Both the position numbers and the translations under genes were made by a program. 64,000 nucleotides of DNA from Candidatus Eiseniibacteriota bacterium (GTDB lineage: Bacteria > Eisenbacteria > RBG-16-71-46). Below, one piece after another: positions 62,657 to 64,000 of this stretch. The notes beneath the pieces are model-generated. The model ran no database searches. It was given only the letters and a program-made list of their open reading frames with translations, and was not told the origin of the DNA. The DNA is taken from assembly GCA_038068435.1 (NCBI GenBank), contig JBBTLZ010000019.1, positions 7,218 to 71,217 on the forward strand, in the 5' to 3' direction. How positions within the stretch are numbered: position 1 is the stretch's first letter; every line of letters begins with the position of its first letter.

Positions 62657-64000
62657 CTAGGGGCGCCGCCGCGCGGTGCCTCGCGGTGAGGATGCATGGG
62701 ACCGGGGTCCCTCCGCCACGGAGCGGGGACGGCCTCCTGCGCGGCGCCCCGCCGGCGCGCGCGCCCTTCCGGCGCCGCGAGATGCCCGCCGGCGGGTCTT
62801 CCGGACGCTCCTCGCGTGCTCCGGCGCCCAGTCGAAGCGGTCCACGTCGGACCACGCGACCACCCGGACGCCGCCGCGGGTCTGGGTGGCATCTCCGCCG
62901 AAAATCACGACGCGCCCGATGTCCGCCGCGGGGGCCGCCGCGCTCATCAGGCCCGCAAGGAAGTCGACCGGTCCGAAGAACTCGGAGGTCACCGTCTGGC
63001 TGGACTTGATCTCCACGGCGATCGGCCGCGGGCCCGTCTCGATCACGGCGTCCACCTCGACGCCCTTGTGGTCGCGGTAGAAGTACAGATCCGGGGGGAG
63101 GCCGCGATGCAAGCGCGCCTTGAGGATCTCCGCGACTGTCCACGACTCGAAGATCGCGCCGCGCAGCGGATGGAGTCGCAACTGCTCGGGGCTGCGGATG
63201 CCGAGGAGGTAGCACAGCAATCCCGAGTCGTAGAAGTGGAGCTTCGGCGTCTTGACCAGGCGCTTGCCGAGATTGCGGTGGAGGGGCGGGACCCGGAAGG
63301 CGATGAACCCGGTCTCCAGCACGGAGAGCCAGGCGCGGGCCGTGTGGTGCGTGATGCCGCAGTCGGCCGCCAGGCCCGACAGGTTGAGGAGCTGGCCCGC
63401 GCGCGCCGCGCACGCGCGCAGGAAGGCCTGGAACGCCAGGAGGTCGCCGACCCTGAGCACCTGCCGCACGTCCCGCTCCACATAGGTCGCCGTGTAGCTC
63501 GCCAGCCAATCTCCGGGACTCAGCCGCCGGTCGTGGATGCGCGGATAGCCACCCGCGAACATCACCGTGAACAGGTCGCGCGGCGCTGAAGGGAAGCGCT
63601 TCAGCTCATCGAGTCCCAGCGGCAGCAGGTGGAGCATGGCGCAGCGTCCGGCGAGCGACTGGGAGACGGCCTCGAGCAGGCCGAGGTGCTGGGATCCGGT
63701 CAGGACGAAGAGACCGTTCCGCCCGCGCTCGTCCACGATGCCTTGGATATAGGAGAGGAGCTGGGGCGCGCGCTGGACCTCGTCCAATACGGCGCCGCGG
63801 GGGAACTGGGCGAGGAAACCGCGCGGGTCTTCTGCGGCGAAGGCGCGCACGTCGGGCGCTTCGAGGGAGACATACGGCCTGGCCGGGAACGCCATTCGGC
63901 AGAGGGTGGTCTTTCCCGACTGGCGGGGCCCGGTGATGACGACCACGGGAAACTGCTTCGCGCGGCGGGTTGCGAGCGCATGGAGCGTCCGGCGGATCAT
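62657..64000 (-). CDS. AAA+ ATPase with DUF4143 domain (copy 2)
   Basis: Translation identical to copy 1; its ATG sits at the last base of the window. Confidence 0.9.
   Translation of the reverse strand: MIRRTLHALATRRAKQFPVVVITGPRQSGKTTLCRMAFPARPYVSLEAPDVRAFAAEDPRGFLAQFPRGAVLDEVQRAPQLLSYIQGIVDERGRNGLFVLTGSQHLGLLEAVSQSLAGRCAMLHLLPLGLDELKRFPSAPRDLFTVMFAGGYPRIHDRRLSPGDWLASYTATYVERDVRQVLRVGDLLAFQAFLRACAARAGQLLNLSGLAADCGITHHTARAWLSVLETGFIAFRVPPLHRNLGKRLVKTPKLHFYDSGLLCYLLGIRSPEQLRLHPLRGAIFESWTVAEILKARLHRGLPPDLYFYRDHKGVEVDAVIETGPRPIAVEIKSSQTVTSEFFGPVDFLAGLMSAAAPAADIGRVVIFGGDATQTRGGVRVVAWSDVDRFDWAPEHARSVRKTRRRASRGAGRARAPAGRRAGGRPRSVAEGPRSHASSPRGTARRRP

Larger units (their letters stand above)
60848..64000. 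repeat. Tandem direct repeat, period 1626 bp (copy 1 = 60848-62473; copy 2 starts at 62474 and runs off the window)
   Basis: All offsets equal 1626 and the ORF track gives identical translations in several frames; three substitutions seen, all in the nadE 5' portion. Confidence 0.95.

Overview
A 64 kb window from a very GC-rich, diderm bacterium (it encodes outer-membrane beta-barrels, DciA and Rex), centred on the replication origin. Left arm, mostly minus strand: partial MFS transporter, orphan HicB, an M16 peptidase pair, and a complete Pho regulon (phoB-phoR, then porin-pstS-pstS-pstC-pstA-pstB-phoU) with a Pho-box-like operator. Centre: NitT/TauT-type ABC pair with a GNAT, then dnaA-oriC-dnaN-dciA-gyrB-(OMP)-gyrA-rex-EamA. 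gyrA carries a 418-aa LAGLIDADG intein right after the catalytic Tyr; rpmH and recF are missing from their usual positions. Right arm: ABC export operon, HDAC-corA, carbohydrate-binding protein, phosphoesterase, thioredoxin, exonuclease, peroxiredoxin, atypical NtrC-like regulator, groES-groEL, zinc metalloprotease, efp, pspC, a Rho lacking its RNA-binding domain, PduO, a 906-aa GreA fusion, B3/4 protein, two envelope proteins, nadE, and a 1626-bp tandem duplication of a DUF4143-type AAA+ ATPase unit. The most intriguing unexplained element is a ~385-nt densely base-paired non-coding segment between convergent genes (37321-37705). It matches no housekeeping RNA I can recognise, has an HDV-ribozyme-like fold on the plus strand and hammerhead-like core words on the minus strand; both are non-canonical. 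I saw no tRNA, rRNA, CRISPR array, transposase or integrase. All calls are by eye, with no database searches or folding computations.
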